A stretch of DNA of 64,000 nucleotides, taken from sequence record KJ019103.1. The stretch is one strand, 5' to 3'. Of this stretch, positions 30,644 to 39,289 are shown in pieces. The translations under genes were made by a program, and so were the position numbers. The notes beneath the pieces are model-generated. The model was not told where the DNA came from. It did no database searches and worked only from the letters and a program-made list of their open reading frames with translations. Each line of letters starts with the position of its first letter. Positions within the stretch are counted from its first letter, which is position 1.

Positions 30644-30697
30644 CAGTCCACAAACTGGCACACAGGGCTTGGCAACCCTCCCAAAAGGTGCTATACT
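30639..30697 (+). promoter_or_regulatory. element copy 2
   Basis: GGTGACAG..CTGGCACA, TTGGCA-17-TATACT. Confidence 0.9.
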
Positions 30698-30723
30698 ATC
30701 CAAGTAACCAAAGGAAATGATTT

Positions 30724-30945
30724 ATGAAACCAGCAGAAATTCTCTACGAAATGCAATCCATTCGTAAAGTCTGGCATAATAATAATTTCGTTATCAGTCC
30801 CGAACTAAACCGTCGCTATTGTGAACTTCTTAAACTCCGCCGTGAACGAGTTTCTCAATTCTATAAAGAGGGAAGGGTCGCTACAGGATCACAGACCCCC
30901 GACCTCAAAGCCCGAGAAGCAGCCAGACAAGCCGAGGTTGGTTGA
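30724..30945 (+). CDS. hypothetical protein
   Basis: downstream of element, AAGGA RBS. Confidence 0.75.
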   Translation: MKPAEILYEMQSIRKVWHNNNFVISPELNRRYCELLKLRRERVSQFYKEGRVATGSQTPDLKAREAARQAEVG

Positions 30946-30949
30946 GCCT

Positions 30950-31189
30950 ATGCAGGAACTTCTAGATACTTTCTATACAACTCCCTATGGTGATTTTGCC
31001 ATTAGAAAGACTCGTTTCGGTGTTCATACCTCATATGATCGAGAGGGAACCGATTTGGTGACAGGTTTAGAGTGGATTGACGTATTCACCACCACACCTT
31101 GTCACCTACAATGGGAGAAGGAGGGTTACAAACCCCCCGAAGGTACAGTTCAAGCAACCTATGATAGTGTAGTCTCTGGAAAACTCTAA
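30950..31189 (+). CDS. hypothetical protein
   Basis: start corrected to MQELLDTF. Confidence 0.7.
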   Translation: MQELLDTFYTTPYGDFAIRKTRFGVHTSYDREGTDLVTGLEWIDVFTTTPCHLQWEKEGYKPPEGTVQATYDSVVSGKL

Positions 31190-31536
31190 TGGAAGACCGA
31201 AAATCACAACTATACAGCATCATGTATGATGCTATCAGTGAACTAACTGAGCACGAGAGTGCTGAGGATATCTTTGACAATATTGTAGAGTATTTTGCTC
31301 TACGTGTTGAAGAAGCTCGTACTGAGGTTGATACTTACACGGATATGTTAAATGTATTCCGTAAAGACAACCCAGTGAGAGACGTTCCTAGTGCAGATCC
31401 ATACAAGAGAACTGAATGGGAACACGCATTTGGTGATATGGATGACATCAATCAAACATACATGCCATCAAACCAACACATCTGGAACGAGTTTCTTAAG
31501 AATATCAAATTCACGGACAATCAAGATACTAAATAA
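31189..31536 (+). CDS. hypothetical protein
   Basis: coupled ORF. Confidence 0.7.
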   Translation: MEDRKSQLYSIMYDAISELTEHESAEDIFDNIVEYFALRVEEARTEVDTYTDMLNVFRKDNPVRDVPSADPYKRTEWEHAFGDMDDINQTYMPSNQHIWNEFLKNIKFTDNQDTK

Positions 31537-31556
31537 ACACTATCAGGAGAAAAGAG

Positions 31557-31754
31557 ATGACTACTGACCCAAACGATAAGTACGCTAAGTTCAAAGTACC
31601 ATTTGGCACTAATGAACATCACGAAGATGATGAATGGGATCCTACAACTGAGGGTAAAATCTCTGATTGGCACAACCGACATCAAGATAAACTCTTAGAT
31701 GAGTTTTGTGACACTCACCCAGGCGCACCCCAATGTAAGGTGTTTGACGATTAG
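31557..31754 (+). CDS. cp12: small protein with CP12-like C-terminus
   Basis: C-terminal LLDEFCDTHPGAPQCKVFDD matches the CP12 CxxxPxxxxCxxYDD motif; TAAATA at 31530; AGGAG RBS. Confidence 0.8.
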   Translation: MTTDPNDKYAKFKVPFGTNEHHEDDEWDPTTEGKISDWHNRHQDKLLDEFCDTHPGAPQCKVFDD

Positions 31755-31802
31755 CAAAGTGGCACAAGACCACTTGACAGTACCACATTATTAGGTTACA
31801 GT
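31743..31802 (+). promoter_or_regulatory. element copy 3 (degenerate left arm)
   Basis: GTGGCACA, TTGACA-17-TACAGT. Confidence 0.65.
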
Positions 31803-31824
31803 ACATTTGTTCAAGAGGTTTCTC

Positions 31825-31995
31825 ATGACTACCGTTGTTGACTCAGAGGTTATCTTTGCTGACGCTTTCAGTGAAGATGGTATAGACTACGGAACTGGTT
31901 ATTATGTAACTAAGTTCTATAGCAATGGTATGACCGACCTATTTGGACCATACAATTTTGAGGAAGACGCCCTCAATCTTGCCACTGTTTATTGA
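31825..31995 (+). CDS. hypothetical protein
   Basis: start corrected to MTTVVD. Confidence 0.65.
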   Translation: MTTVVDSEVIFADAFSEDGIDYGTGYYVTKFYSNGMTDLFGPYNFEEDALNLATVY

Positions 31996-32011
31996 TTCCT
32001 TCCTTTTTATT

Positions 32012-32140
32012 ATGACTTTTGACACCTACGAAGACGAAAGTATCTTCACTATTCTCGGTATTGCCGAAGAAGGTGAAGAAGAAACAGAAAACCCCTATTC
32101 CACTGAGGATACTAAAACACTAAAAGAATATGGCTATTGA
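32012..32140 (+). CDS. small acidic protein
   Basis: MTFDTYEDE... Confidence 0.5.
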   Translation: MTFDTYEDESIFTILGIAEEGEEETENPYSTEDTKTLKEYGY

Positions 32141-32212
32141 TTTCTCGTTCATTCTAGGTTTAGTTTTCATTTGGTTGGGACTAAATATCCGTATAGTGAG
32201 AGGGGTGGAATA

Positions 32213-32500
32213 GTGGATTTCAGGGTAACAGTAAGAACACACACCGGGGCAGTTAGAGTTGTCGAGGTGAGCAACATGCCGAACGAGGAGGCAGCCAGAG
32301 CGGAAGCTGTTGGTATGACTTTCGGTAGGGTTCTGCAGGTTGAGTGTTTAGATGAGATCCCAGAACAATCCAAACCTAAAAAGAAAAGAGGACCAGTTCA
32401 AGAGATTGAACGAGAACTTAGACCAGGTGAAACCGAAACAATTGTAACAGGTTACAATAGCAACCCGTTAGCAGTGTTCTTCACTTTAGATGTTTTTTAG
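32213..32500 (+). CDS. hypothetical protein
   Basis: GTG start after GAGG; TAAATA at 32182. Confidence 0.6.
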   Translation: MDFRVTVRTHTGAVRVVEVSNMPNEEAARAEAVGMTFGRVLQVECLDEIPEQSKPKKKRGPVQEIERELRPGETETIVTGYNSNPLAVFFTLDVF

Positions 32501-32532
32501 GGGTTGACACACCCCTTTTTTTGTGCTATACT
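32500..32532 (+). promoter_or_regulatory. element copy 4 (no dyad; terminator hairpin plus promoter)
   Basis: GGGG-TTGACACA-CCCC-T7, TTGACA-17-TATACT. Confidence 0.8.
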
Positions 32533-32553
32533 TATACCAATCGCAGGAGATCA

Positions 32554-32820
32554 ATGGAAGAAAACATGTCGATTTCGACAGAACTTCTAACCAGCATAAA
32601 CGACGCCATGTATGTTGCCACTAACAACGCAGCTACTTACATGCACGGTGATAGAGGTGCTGACGCTATGTGTCTCCTAAACGAGTGGACTACAGAGGAT
32701 GGTGAATGTTTACTCACACAATATGCAAAGGGTGAAGTATGTGAGCACATGGGAACTTTCATGTTTATCAACCTAGAAGAAGAAACATGGGGTGAGTTTA
32801 TTATATCCGATGATGAGTAA
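32554..32820 (+). CDS. hypothetical protein
   Basis: AGGAGA RBS; start corrected. Confidence 0.7.
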   Translation: MEENMSISTELLTSINDAMYVATNNAATYMHGDRGADAMCLLNEWTTEDGECLLTQYAKGEVCEHMGTFMFINLEEETWGEFIISDDE

Positions 32821-32851
32821 ACTATATACTACAGACAATTATTCAGGTACA

Positions 32852-33067
32852 ATGAACCTAACTGAACATCAAAAGATTCAACTCTCACAATTTATTCATG
32901 AGTCGTTCTCTACATTCTATGAGGAGGAACTAAAGTTTCAAGTAGAAACTCTAAAAGATGATGACAAGTTGGATTGGACTTATACAATCACACCAAGAGA
33001 CTCAGGGGAGATTTATGATAAGGTTCAGGAATTATTCACACTAGAAAGGCGTGTGACAGTCGAATAA
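32852..33067 (+). CDS. hypothetical protein
   Basis: C-terminus RVTVE encoded by element copy 5. Confidence 0.65.
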   Translation: MNLTEHQKIQLSQFIHESFSTFYEEELKFQVETLKDDDKLDWTYTITPRDSGEIYDKVQELFTLERRVTVE

Positions 33068-33111
33068 GTGGCACAAGGGGGGTTGGCGAACCCCCTTTTT
33101 GCTGCCATAAT
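33052..33111 (+). promoter_or_regulatory. element copy 5 (with terminator)
   Basis: full dyad, TTGGCG-17-CATAAT. Confidence 0.9.
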
Positions 33112-33133
33112 ATACTCATACACACAAAGACCA

Positions 33134-33262
33134 ATGAACGTCCCCAACTGGCAGAAACACTCTAAGAAAGACCAGAAGGGTCGCGGGGTGAGCAAGGGTC
33201 AGATGAGAGCCCGCAAACAGGCTCTACGTGCCCTGAAGGCAAAGCTCCTTGTGACAGTCTAG
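33134..33262 (+). CDS. small basic protein
   Basis: MNVPNWQKHSKK..; ends LLVTV in copy 6. Confidence 0.7.
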   Translation: MNVPNWQKHSKKDQKGRGVSKGQMRARKQALRALKAKLLVTV

Positions 33263-33309
33263 GAAGTGGCACAAGCCCCCTAGGCAAGACCCTCAAACCC
33301 TGCTATACT
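33250..33309 (+). promoter_or_regulatory. element copy 6
   Basis: full dyad, TAGGCA-17-TATACT. Confidence 0.92.
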
Positions 33310-33332
33310 AAACACATACAAAGGAAACCACC

Positions 33333-33743
33333 ATGGCTCGTCACTCTGAAGTTCTCATCCAAGGCACCGAGGTTCCCGGTCTTCGCATGATCGTAACCGT
33401 TCCAGTCGATCACACCTGGGCATCAGAAACCGCCGAGAGCATCTATGGATTTGGTGGCAACACCCAATATATCTGGCGGAAGTCTTGGGAGACTAACCAA
33501 CCCGCCCCCCGTGGTGGTGGTTCCTCCTCCTCCTCCTCTGGCATGGGTCCTGGAGCTATCCTGATGGGGATGATTGGTCTTATCCTGGTTGCTGGTATTG
33601 GTTCCGCCTTCGAGGGTAACGACACCCCCTCAGCTCCTTCCTATGACGCTCCCGCACCTGTTGAGAGGTCATACGTTCCACAGGCACCCGCAGCCTCCTA
33701 TGACAATGGCCCTTGTCTCACCGCTAACTTCGAACCTTGTTAA
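33333..33743 (+). CDS. membrane-anchored hypothetical protein
   Basis: one TM segment, Pro/Ala-rich tail. Confidence 0.75.
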   Translation: MARHSEVLIQGTEVPGLRMIVTVPVDHTWASETAESIYGFGGNTQYIWRKSWETNQPAPRGGGSSSSSSGMGPGAILMGMIGLILVAGIGSAFEGNDTPSAPSYDAPAPVERSYVPQAPAASYDNGPCLTANFEPC

Positions 33744-33744
33744 T

Positions 33745-33918
33745 ATGAATGACTTTCGCCCCCCGCATCACACCACTACTAAAGAAGAGTGGGAGTTTAT
33801 TTTCCAAACACAGATACATAACTGCGCCCAACTAAAGAACACAGAACTCCAACGTTTTGTGTGTGTAGATAGTATGGGCAACAAAACTACCAAATATGTT
33901 ATAGAATACAATGACTGA
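33745..33918 (+). CDS. hypothetical protein
   Basis: start corrected to MNDFRPP. Confidence 0.6.
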   Translation: MNDFRPPHHTTTKEEWEFIFQTQIHNCAQLKNTELQRFVCVDSMGNKTTKYVIEYND

Positions 33919-34201
33919 AAAAGAAGTAGAGCTACACTTTGGGAGTGAGTATGAGGCTGGCATTGACTATGGGGATAGTGATGATTCAGACATTTTAGAC
34001 TACACCAAAGAAGTAAGTGTCACACTAACCCGTTCAGATTGGAATTGGTTTGTTACACTGATGTCAGACTCCGTTAATAAGATGGAGGCTGCAGTTTCTG
34101 CACAAGGTATGGATGCTGAGTCCTTCCTTTCTATTGATGTTCTTCGCACTATTCGTAATGAAATCGCAACTCAGAGTGGGCTCACTCAATACATTGATTG
34201 A
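33911..34201 (+). CDS. hypothetical protein
   Basis: coupled ORF. Confidence 0.7.
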   Translation: MTEKEVELHFGSEYEAGIDYGDSDDSDILDYTKEVSVTLTRSDWNWFVTLMSDSVNKMEAAVSAQGMDAESFLSIDVLRTIRNEIATQSGLTQYID

Positions 34202-34202
34202 G

Positions 34203-34475
34203 ATGCCAGTAGTGGCACCTAAAGGTTATCACTATGAGGCAGTAGAACACAAACAAAACGTAGTGGCTATTTGGTTATGTGGAGGTCCAACATACCTCTA
34301 CAAGATGGGAGAAACTGCTAGAACTATTCACTCCTTCTATAATATTAAGAAGAAAACCTGGTATGCACCTATCAACTGCAAGAAGCCAGGTAAGGAGGTA
34401 TCAGTGGATAAGATACGACCTTACACATCAATGCAACTGAACTACAACCCTCTGGAGATGCTACTATATGGCTAA
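34203..34475 (+). CDS. hypothetical protein
   Basis: start corrected to MPVVAPKGYHYE. Confidence 0.7.
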   Translation: MPVVAPKGYHYEAVEHKQNVVAIWLCGGPTYLYKMGETARTIHSFYNIKKKTWYAPINCKKPGKEVSVDKIRPYTSMQLNYNPLEMLLYG

Positions 34476-34510
34476 ATATATGTTATAATATCATAACATA
34501 TATCACGAAT

Positions 34511-34732
34511 ATGAAGTCCAAAGACCAATACAAGAAAGAGTTTCAATTCACACTGAATACATCCGATGATAAGATCGCGGAAGAGAATATTCTTCACGAT
34601 TTCGCCAGAGAGGTTTCAGTTATTGATGCTTTCCTACAAGGTGGGAAGGTATCACTAAAGGAGGCAAAACAGCGTATCAAAGATGTATACAAAGTGTGGA
34701 AGAACTCACTGAAAAACAACAACCAAATGTAA
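34511..34732 (+). CDS. hypothetical protein
   Basis: TAAATA at 34473 upstream. Confidence 0.7.
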   Translation: MKSKDQYKKEFQFTLNTSDDKIAEENILHDFAREVSVIDAFLQGGKVSLKEAKQRIKDVYKVWKNSLKNNNQM

Positions 34733-35119
34733 ATGGAACCTTTCCTGCTAATGGCTGTTGATGTAGCTGAATCTTCACCTTCTAGAAAGAAGGTTGGAGC
34801 TGTTCTAATGAATAAGAACAAAGTTATAGCAACAGCCACAAATCATGATTGTAAATCACACCCTCTACAAGCAAAGTGGGCAGAACGTGTGGGACTATCT
34901 GAAAAGATATATCTACACGCTGAAATGTCAGCAATGATCAAAGCTCGTGATGACTCAGACAAAATCGTTGTAGTTAGACTAGGAGGACATTCTGGTCACG
35001 AACTACGACAATCACGTCCTTGTCCTATATGTGAATCATACCTGAAATATTCGGGTATTGAACACGTATATTATTCCACTGGGAATAACAAATTTACCTA
35101 TGAATACTGGGGGAAATGA
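34733..35119 (+). CDS. zinc-dependent cytidine/deoxycytidylate deaminase-family protein
   Basis: LHAEMSAM (HxE) and RPCPIC (PCxxC). Confidence 0.85.
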   Translation: MEPFLLMAVDVAESSPSRKKVGAVLMNKNKVIATATNHDCKSHPLQAKWAERVGLSEKIYLHAEMSAMIKARDDSDKIVVVRLGGHSGHELRQSRPCPICESYLKYSGIEHVYYSTGNNKFTYEYWGK

Positions 35120-35316
35120 TGGAAACGTTCACAGCAACTTGTCCCAAAGACTACGACAGACATCACTATTCAGTTGTCAACAAAGACGGCACGAATAGGA
35201 TGTTTAGTAGTTGGGAACTCGCACAGAGTTACTGGTGGCATACTAACAAACTTGGTACACTATCACACATCGATGTGATAGACTATAAAGAACAATCAAG
35301 AGGTTTTGGAGCATGA
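35116..35316 (+). CDS. hypothetical protein
   Basis: ATGA-coupled ORF. Confidence 0.7.
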   Translation: MMETFTATCPKDYDRHHYSVVNKDGTNRMFSSWELAQSYWWHTNKLGTLSHIDVIDYKEQSRGFGA

Positions 35317-35531
35317 ACATGTTGGGTAAACAATCAGAGACTGGGATGAAAGTAACCTTTCTTGGTTATATCCCAGAACAAGTGAAGTTCGCAGGATCTG
35401 ACACACCAGACAAACTGAATACCACTACAACATATACCATTGAACAGGTAAAACGATTCAACTCGTATACCAAGATCAAACTAGTTGGTGATGATCTGTG
35501 GTATAATTCAGTTCACTTTAGAGTTACTTAA
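35313..35531 (+). CDS. hypothetical protein
   Basis: ATGA-coupled ORF. Confidence 0.7.
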   Translation: MNMLGKQSETGMKVTFLGYIPEQVKFAGSDTPDKLNTTTTYTIEQVKRFNSYTKIKLVGDDLWYNSVHFRVT

Positions 35532-35731
35532 TGGATAACATCTATGGGCGTGAGTATCACAGACATGCTGTTGATTATGCTCTGATGATAGGTGAGTTAG
35601 AAGGAACTTACACTCACCTGAAACGAATGTCTTACTTTGAGGATGCTGCTATCCTTGAAGAAATGAAGAAACGTTACTACAAGATCTACTTCCGTACCTT
35701 ACGTGAAGAAAGAGAAAAAGCAGAAAACTAA
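35531..35731 (+). CDS. hypothetical protein
   Basis: coupled ORF. Confidence 0.7.
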   Translation: MDNIYGREYHRHAVDYALMIGELEGTYTHLKRMSYFEDAAILEEMKKRYYKIYFRTLREEREKAEN

Positions 35732-35749
35732 CCTAATTGAGGATTTTGA

Positions 35750-36058
35750 ATGGTGTTAACTTGGACCGACGAAGAGAAAGTAAACCTAACCCGTGCAGAG
35801 GTTAGTATTCATGGGGAGAATATCACTCCAGATAAACTAGACAACAAAACTCTACCAACAGATATTCATGTCATTGAATATGAGATGGAAGGTGTAACTT
35901 ACTACGACGCGGTTCGTGCCTACAAAATGGTTAGCATCTTTGATGTATATCACGATAAGCTAAAAGGTGGTGGTAAAGTTGTTAGAATCACCAATGGGTA
36001 TGGTAGCATTAGACCTAACCTGTGGAACAACAATAAGAGTGAGAAAGGTGATGAGTGA
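35750..36058 (+). CDS. hypothetical protein
   Basis: GAGG RBS. Confidence 0.75.
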   Translation: MVLTWTDEEKVNLTRAEVSIHGENITPDKLDNKTLPTDIHVIEYEMEGVTYYDAVRAYKMVSIFDVYHDKLKGGGKVVRITNGYGSIRPNLWNNNKSEKGDE

Positions 36059-36230
36059 GAGGAAGTCAGAGGACTGGATTAGTGAGTGGAAAGGAATGAA
36101 TGATGAGTTCATTGAAGAAGACACTATGTTTAGAGTTCAGATTCCCTCTGCTGAAAAGACACAAGAATGGATGGATAGAGAACCATTAATCTTAAAAGTA
36201 GATCACTCGAAGTATTATTTTGATGACTGA
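36051..36230 (+). CDS. hypothetical protein
   Basis: start corrected to MSERKSED. Confidence 0.6.
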   Translation: MSERKSEDWISEWKGMNDEFIEEDTMFRVQIPSAEKTQEWMDREPLILKVDHSKYYFDD

Positions 36231-36426
36231 AGAAGATCCAATGATCAACTGGAAACAGAAGATGATGAAACATTGCACCCACGATTGGGAAAAGCAACTA
36301 TTACGTGAAGGTGCCACATCATCTGTGACAGCAATGGGTATAATGTCACTAAAGAAACGATACAAAAGGATTATGGGTATTGATGATGATCCAAAGCCAC
36401 CTGTAGTTCAGTACGCCTCCTATTGA
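36220..36426 (+). CDS. hypothetical protein
   Basis: coupled ORF. Confidence 0.65.
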   Translation: MMTEEDPMINWKQKMMKHCTHDWEKQLLREGATSSVTAMGIMSLKKRYKRIMGIDDDPKPPVVQYASY

Positions 36427-36432
36427 TACTTT

Positions 36433-36837
36433 ATGAATAAGAACAAGCACAATGAGATTGTAGGATCTACAGTAGAAAGATCAGACGAGAGGATCAAAGA
36501 CACTGGGGAGGTATTCACTCCCCTAGAACTGTGTCGTGAGATGGTTAGTGAGATCCCCCTATCTACCCTGCAAGATCCTAACTCCACCTTTTTGGATAAT
36601 TCTGCTGGCTGTGGCAACTTCCTCATCGCCCTCAGGGACCGGCTATTGGAATATCATGAGTTATCACATATCGTAGACAATATGATCTACTGTGTGGAAC
36701 TTATGGAGGACAACCATAGGGAAATATGTAAGACAATGGGTGTATCTACCGATCATCCACACTATGTGAGGGCAAATGCACTGGAATACGATTATAGCTT
36801 CGGCAACCCCGTTGGGTTGGAGAGTTTCTTCGTGTGA
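36433..36837 (+). CDS. short N6-adenine DNA methyltransferase-like protein
   Basis: TGEVFTP and FLDNSAGCGNFL (motif I); no NPPY/DPPY motif IV. Confidence 0.7.
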   Translation: MNKNKHNEIVGSTVERSDERIKDTGEVFTPLELCREMVSEIPLSTLQDPNSTFLDNSAGCGNFLIALRDRLLEYHELSHIVDNMIYCVELMEDNHREICKTMGVSTDHPHYVRANALEYDYSFGNPVGLESFFV

Positions 36838-36892
36838 CAGTTGAATAAGTGACACAAGGGGGGTAGGCACCCCCCTTTTTTTGTGCCATAAT
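36833..36892 (+). promoter_or_regulatory. element copy 7 (with terminator)
   Basis: TGTGACAG..GTGACACA, TAGGCA-17-CATAAT. Confidence 0.9.
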
Positions 36893-36917
36893 ACAACCAA
36901 ACAAACCCCATCAAGAC

Positions 36918-37454
36918 ATGTTCAGTTCAATCTTTTCTGATAATACACTACAGGATTATATCAACCAAAATATTAAAGATCCTTGGGTAGGCACACCTTT
37001 TGAGGGTTATGTGTTTATGTCACCTAAACAAAAGGGTGAGTTTGGTGAGCGGTTTGTATCTAAGTTTATGACACTAGCTGGATGTAATGTTAAGAGAGCA
37101 AAGACATCTACATCAGGTCATGATCGTCTGATTGATGGTATCCTGACTGAGATTAAGTTTGGTGTTGCTATCCGCGATAAAAAAGATGGTGTTTGTGTTG
37201 ATGGATTCATCATTAATCACGTCTCCGTTGGTAAAGACTGGGAGCGTCTTATTTTCTGTGGCATTAACCCTGATGAGGATGATGTTCGTTTTGTTTTTAT
37301 CACTAAGGAGGACTTTGAATCACACCTCAAGAGTGATGACTGTTTATTCAATGTTCAGCAAGGTGGAAAGAAAGTCGGCAATGATGACTATATTTGCACC
37401 AAAGTATCAGAACTGTTGCAGACCAATATCGTTCGTCCGATTGATCAGTGGTGA
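36918..37454 (+). CDS. PD-(D/E)xK restriction-endonuclease-like protein
   Basis: KGEFGE...HDRLIDGILTEIK. Confidence 0.65.
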   Translation: MFSSIFSDNTLQDYINQNIKDPWVGTPFEGYVFMSPKQKGEFGERFVSKFMTLAGCNVKRAKTSTSGHDRLIDGILTEIKFGVAIRDKKDGVCVDGFIINHVSVGKDWERLIFCGINPDEDDVRFVFITKEDFESHLKSDDCLFNVQQGGKKVGNDDYICTKVSELLQTNIVRPIDQW

Positions 37455-37514
37455 TGTTACACCTAAACAACTGGCACAAGGGGGGTAGGCACCCCCCTTT
37501 TTTTGTGCCATAAT
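37455..37514 (+). promoter_or_regulatory. element copy 8 (with terminator)
   Basis: TGTTACAC..CTGGCACA, TAGGCA-17-CATAAT. Confidence 0.9.
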
Positions 37515-37540
37515 ACAGAGGTAAACAACGGGAACCACCC

Positions 37541-37918
37541 ATGCAACTACCTACCCCCCTGCTAAACAGAGGTTACATTGTAGATGGCAATACTGCCAGT
37601 AGGGTATATCAGCACGGTTTTAGAGTAGAGTTAGAGGCACTAACTACCCTAAACATGCCCATAGGTTTACTAAACTATATTATAAACGAAAACGATATAG
37701 AGTGCCCCTGGGCACCATCAGATGTAGAGCAGTTTGATACTATCTGGCACTATACTGTTACAGATATTAGAGGTGAGATACTAGATAATACATATGGTTT
37801 TACAACCTATTATATGTTTGACTCTATTAGAGAGATACATAACGCACTAACAGATATTACAGTAGATAATGCGTTAGATATTATGAATGGCACATCTGAA
37901 CTATATGCCACCTGCTAA
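37541..37918 (+). CDS. hypothetical protein
   Basis: single-gene unit between copies 8 and 9. Confidence 0.7.
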   Translation: MQLPTPLLNRGYIVDGNTASRVYQHGFRVELEALTTLNMPIGLLNYIINENDIECPWAPSDVEQFDTIWHYTVTDIRGEILDNTYGFTTYYMFDSIREIHNALTDITVDNALDIMNGTSELYATC

Positions 37919-37963
37919 ACTGGCACAGGGGGGCTAGGCACAGCCCCCTACACCTGCTATACT
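37904..37963 (+). promoter_or_regulatory. element copy 9
   Basis: TATGCCAC..CTGGCACA, TAGGCA-17-TATACT. Confidence 0.88.
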
Positions 37964-37985
37964 AAACACATACCAAACCAATACT

Positions 37986-38162
37986 ATGTTTGAATTGATG
38001 TTATTGGCGGGGGTGGCATTCACACCTCTCCAAGGATCAGAAACTATCAATCAATTTTGTTCTGAAGTTGTTGGTATCCCATACGCCAGTGATAACTTCA
38101 CTGATGAAGAATGGGAACGTTTTACTTATTGTCGTGAATCTATCAAGGTACCTCAAAAATGA
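37986..38162 (+). CDS. small hypothetical protein (missing from ORF track)
   Basis: MFELMLLAGVAF...FCSEVVGIPYASDNFTDEEWERFTYC. Confidence 0.7.
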   Translation: MFELMLLAGVAFTPLQGSETINQFCSEVVGIPYASDNFTDEEWERFTYCRESIKVPQK

Positions 38163-38446
38163 AAGAATCAATTATCTCTGGCATCAAAGGCGCTCTAATC
38201 GGCACAGGTTCTGCACTCGTTGTGTTTGCTGGAATTGAGTTCTTCTTCCCTACCCCAGATACATACACAATCGATCTCAACAAAAGAGAAACTATCTCCC
38301 TAAAGATGTCTGTTATTCGCACACCCTGTGGATATGATTATTGTTTCATTCCTGCCATCAAAGAAGGAGAATCAATTGAGATTGAAACACATAACCCAAA
38401 CCCTGAGCCCGGTTTCCTTCGCCCTGTAGAATCTACTGATTATTGA
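38159..38446 (+). CDS. membrane-anchored hypothetical protein
   Basis: N-terminal TM segment. Confidence 0.7.
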   Translation: MKESIISGIKGALIGTGSALVVFAGIEFFFPTPDTYTIDLNKRETISLKMSVIRTPCGYDYCFIPAIKEGESIEIETHNPNPEPGFLRPVESTDY

Positions 38447-38447
38447 T

Positions 38448-38657
38448 ATGGATTATCAACCCCCAACTCTCTGTATTCGGAGTATTGAACCCGCTGCAAC
38501 TCCCGGTAGGTTCTTGTTAGATATGCCTTCACTTTGGAGAGAACCAGGAGCATTAGAGGTGGATCAATATACCATCGATTATGTTACTGGTGGGAAATAT
38601 GAGGTTCCTAAATGTCCCCCAGGTTATCCAAATCCACCAACCCCTGATACACAATGA
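38448..38657 (+). CDS. hypothetical protein
   Basis: coupled ORF. Confidence 0.65.
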   Translation: MDYQPPTLCIRSIEPAATPGRFLLDMPSLWREPGALEVDQYTIDYVTGGKYEVPKCPPGYPNPPTPDTQ

Positions 38658-38788
38658 CACCCGAAGAATTTGAAGAAAATGCAAGAATCATCACGGGCGA
38701 CCCAACATGGTCACTAGATGATGATGTGACACCTGAGGAAGTGGCACAACCCCCCTTGGCAAACCCCCTGAAACCTGTTATCTTATAG
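38654..38788 (+). CDS. small ORF reading through element copy 10
   Basis: MTPEEFEENARIITGDPTWSLDDDVTPEEVAQPPLANPLKPVIL; ATGA-coupled. Confidence 0.45.
   Translation: MTPEEFEENARIITGDPTWSLDDDVTPEEVAQPPLANPLKPVIL
38725..38784 (+). promoter_or_regulatory. element copy 10
   Basis: TGTGACAC..GTGGCACA, TTGGCA-17-TATCTT. Confidence 0.88.
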
Positions 38789-38844
38789 GAGTGGGAGAGA
38801 TACACCCCCCACACCAAACAAACCCCCTACAACCCCTTCTAAGT

Positions 38845-39195
38845 ATGAATCTCAAGGCACTGGCACTCACTTCCGTTCTCGCCGTTGGTGGCATCTTTGG
38901 ATCAGTTGCACCAGCATCAGCTGGCACCTGTTGGTTTGAAAACTACAGTGGTAGTTTGTCTCCAACATATTGTTCCACATATGTTAGGACTAACGCTAAC
39001 GGACACAGGGTTGTGGATGTTGTTGACTATGAAGGAACCACAATGACGTTAGTATTTTGGACTGATAGTTCAGTTGAGATTCTTTACACTAACGGACAAT
39101 ACAATGGCCAAAGAGTTGTGGCAACTTGGTACTTCGATGATGATGGTGACCGTCGCATCTACGTTGGTGACTTTGAAATGAGTCTCCGAGTTTGA
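38845..39195 (+). CDS. exported hypothetical protein
   Basis: signal peptide MNLKALAL...ASA; two Cys. Confidence 0.75.
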   Translation: MNLKALALTSVLAVGGIFGSVAPASAGTCWFENYSGSLSPTYCSTYVRTNANGHRVVDVVDYEGTTMTLVFWTDSSVEILYTNGQYNGQRVVATWYFDDDGDRRIYVGDFEMSLRV

Positions 39196-39202
39196 TAACA
39201 CT

Positions 39203-39227
39203 GGAGGGTTTATAACCCTCCTTTTTT
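39203..39227 (+). terminator. intrinsic terminator
   Basis: GGAGGGTT-TAT-AACCCTCC-T6. Confidence 0.9.
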
Positions 39228-39235
39228 ATGCCATG

Positions 39236-39264
39236 TTGCCATTGTAGCTGATATGTGTTATAAT
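39236..39264 (+). promoter_or_regulatory. host sigma70-like promoter without dyad
   Basis: TTGCCA-17-TATAAT with extended TG. Confidence 0.75.
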
Positions 39265-39289
39265 ACCTTTGTCAGGATCAGTAGGGATT

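Noticed and set aside
33250-33273. Dyad as a CRP or NtcA site
   Set aside because: CRP is TGTGA-N6-TCACA and NtcA is GTA-N8-TAC; here the outer TGTG/CACA are 16 bp apart, so neither fits.
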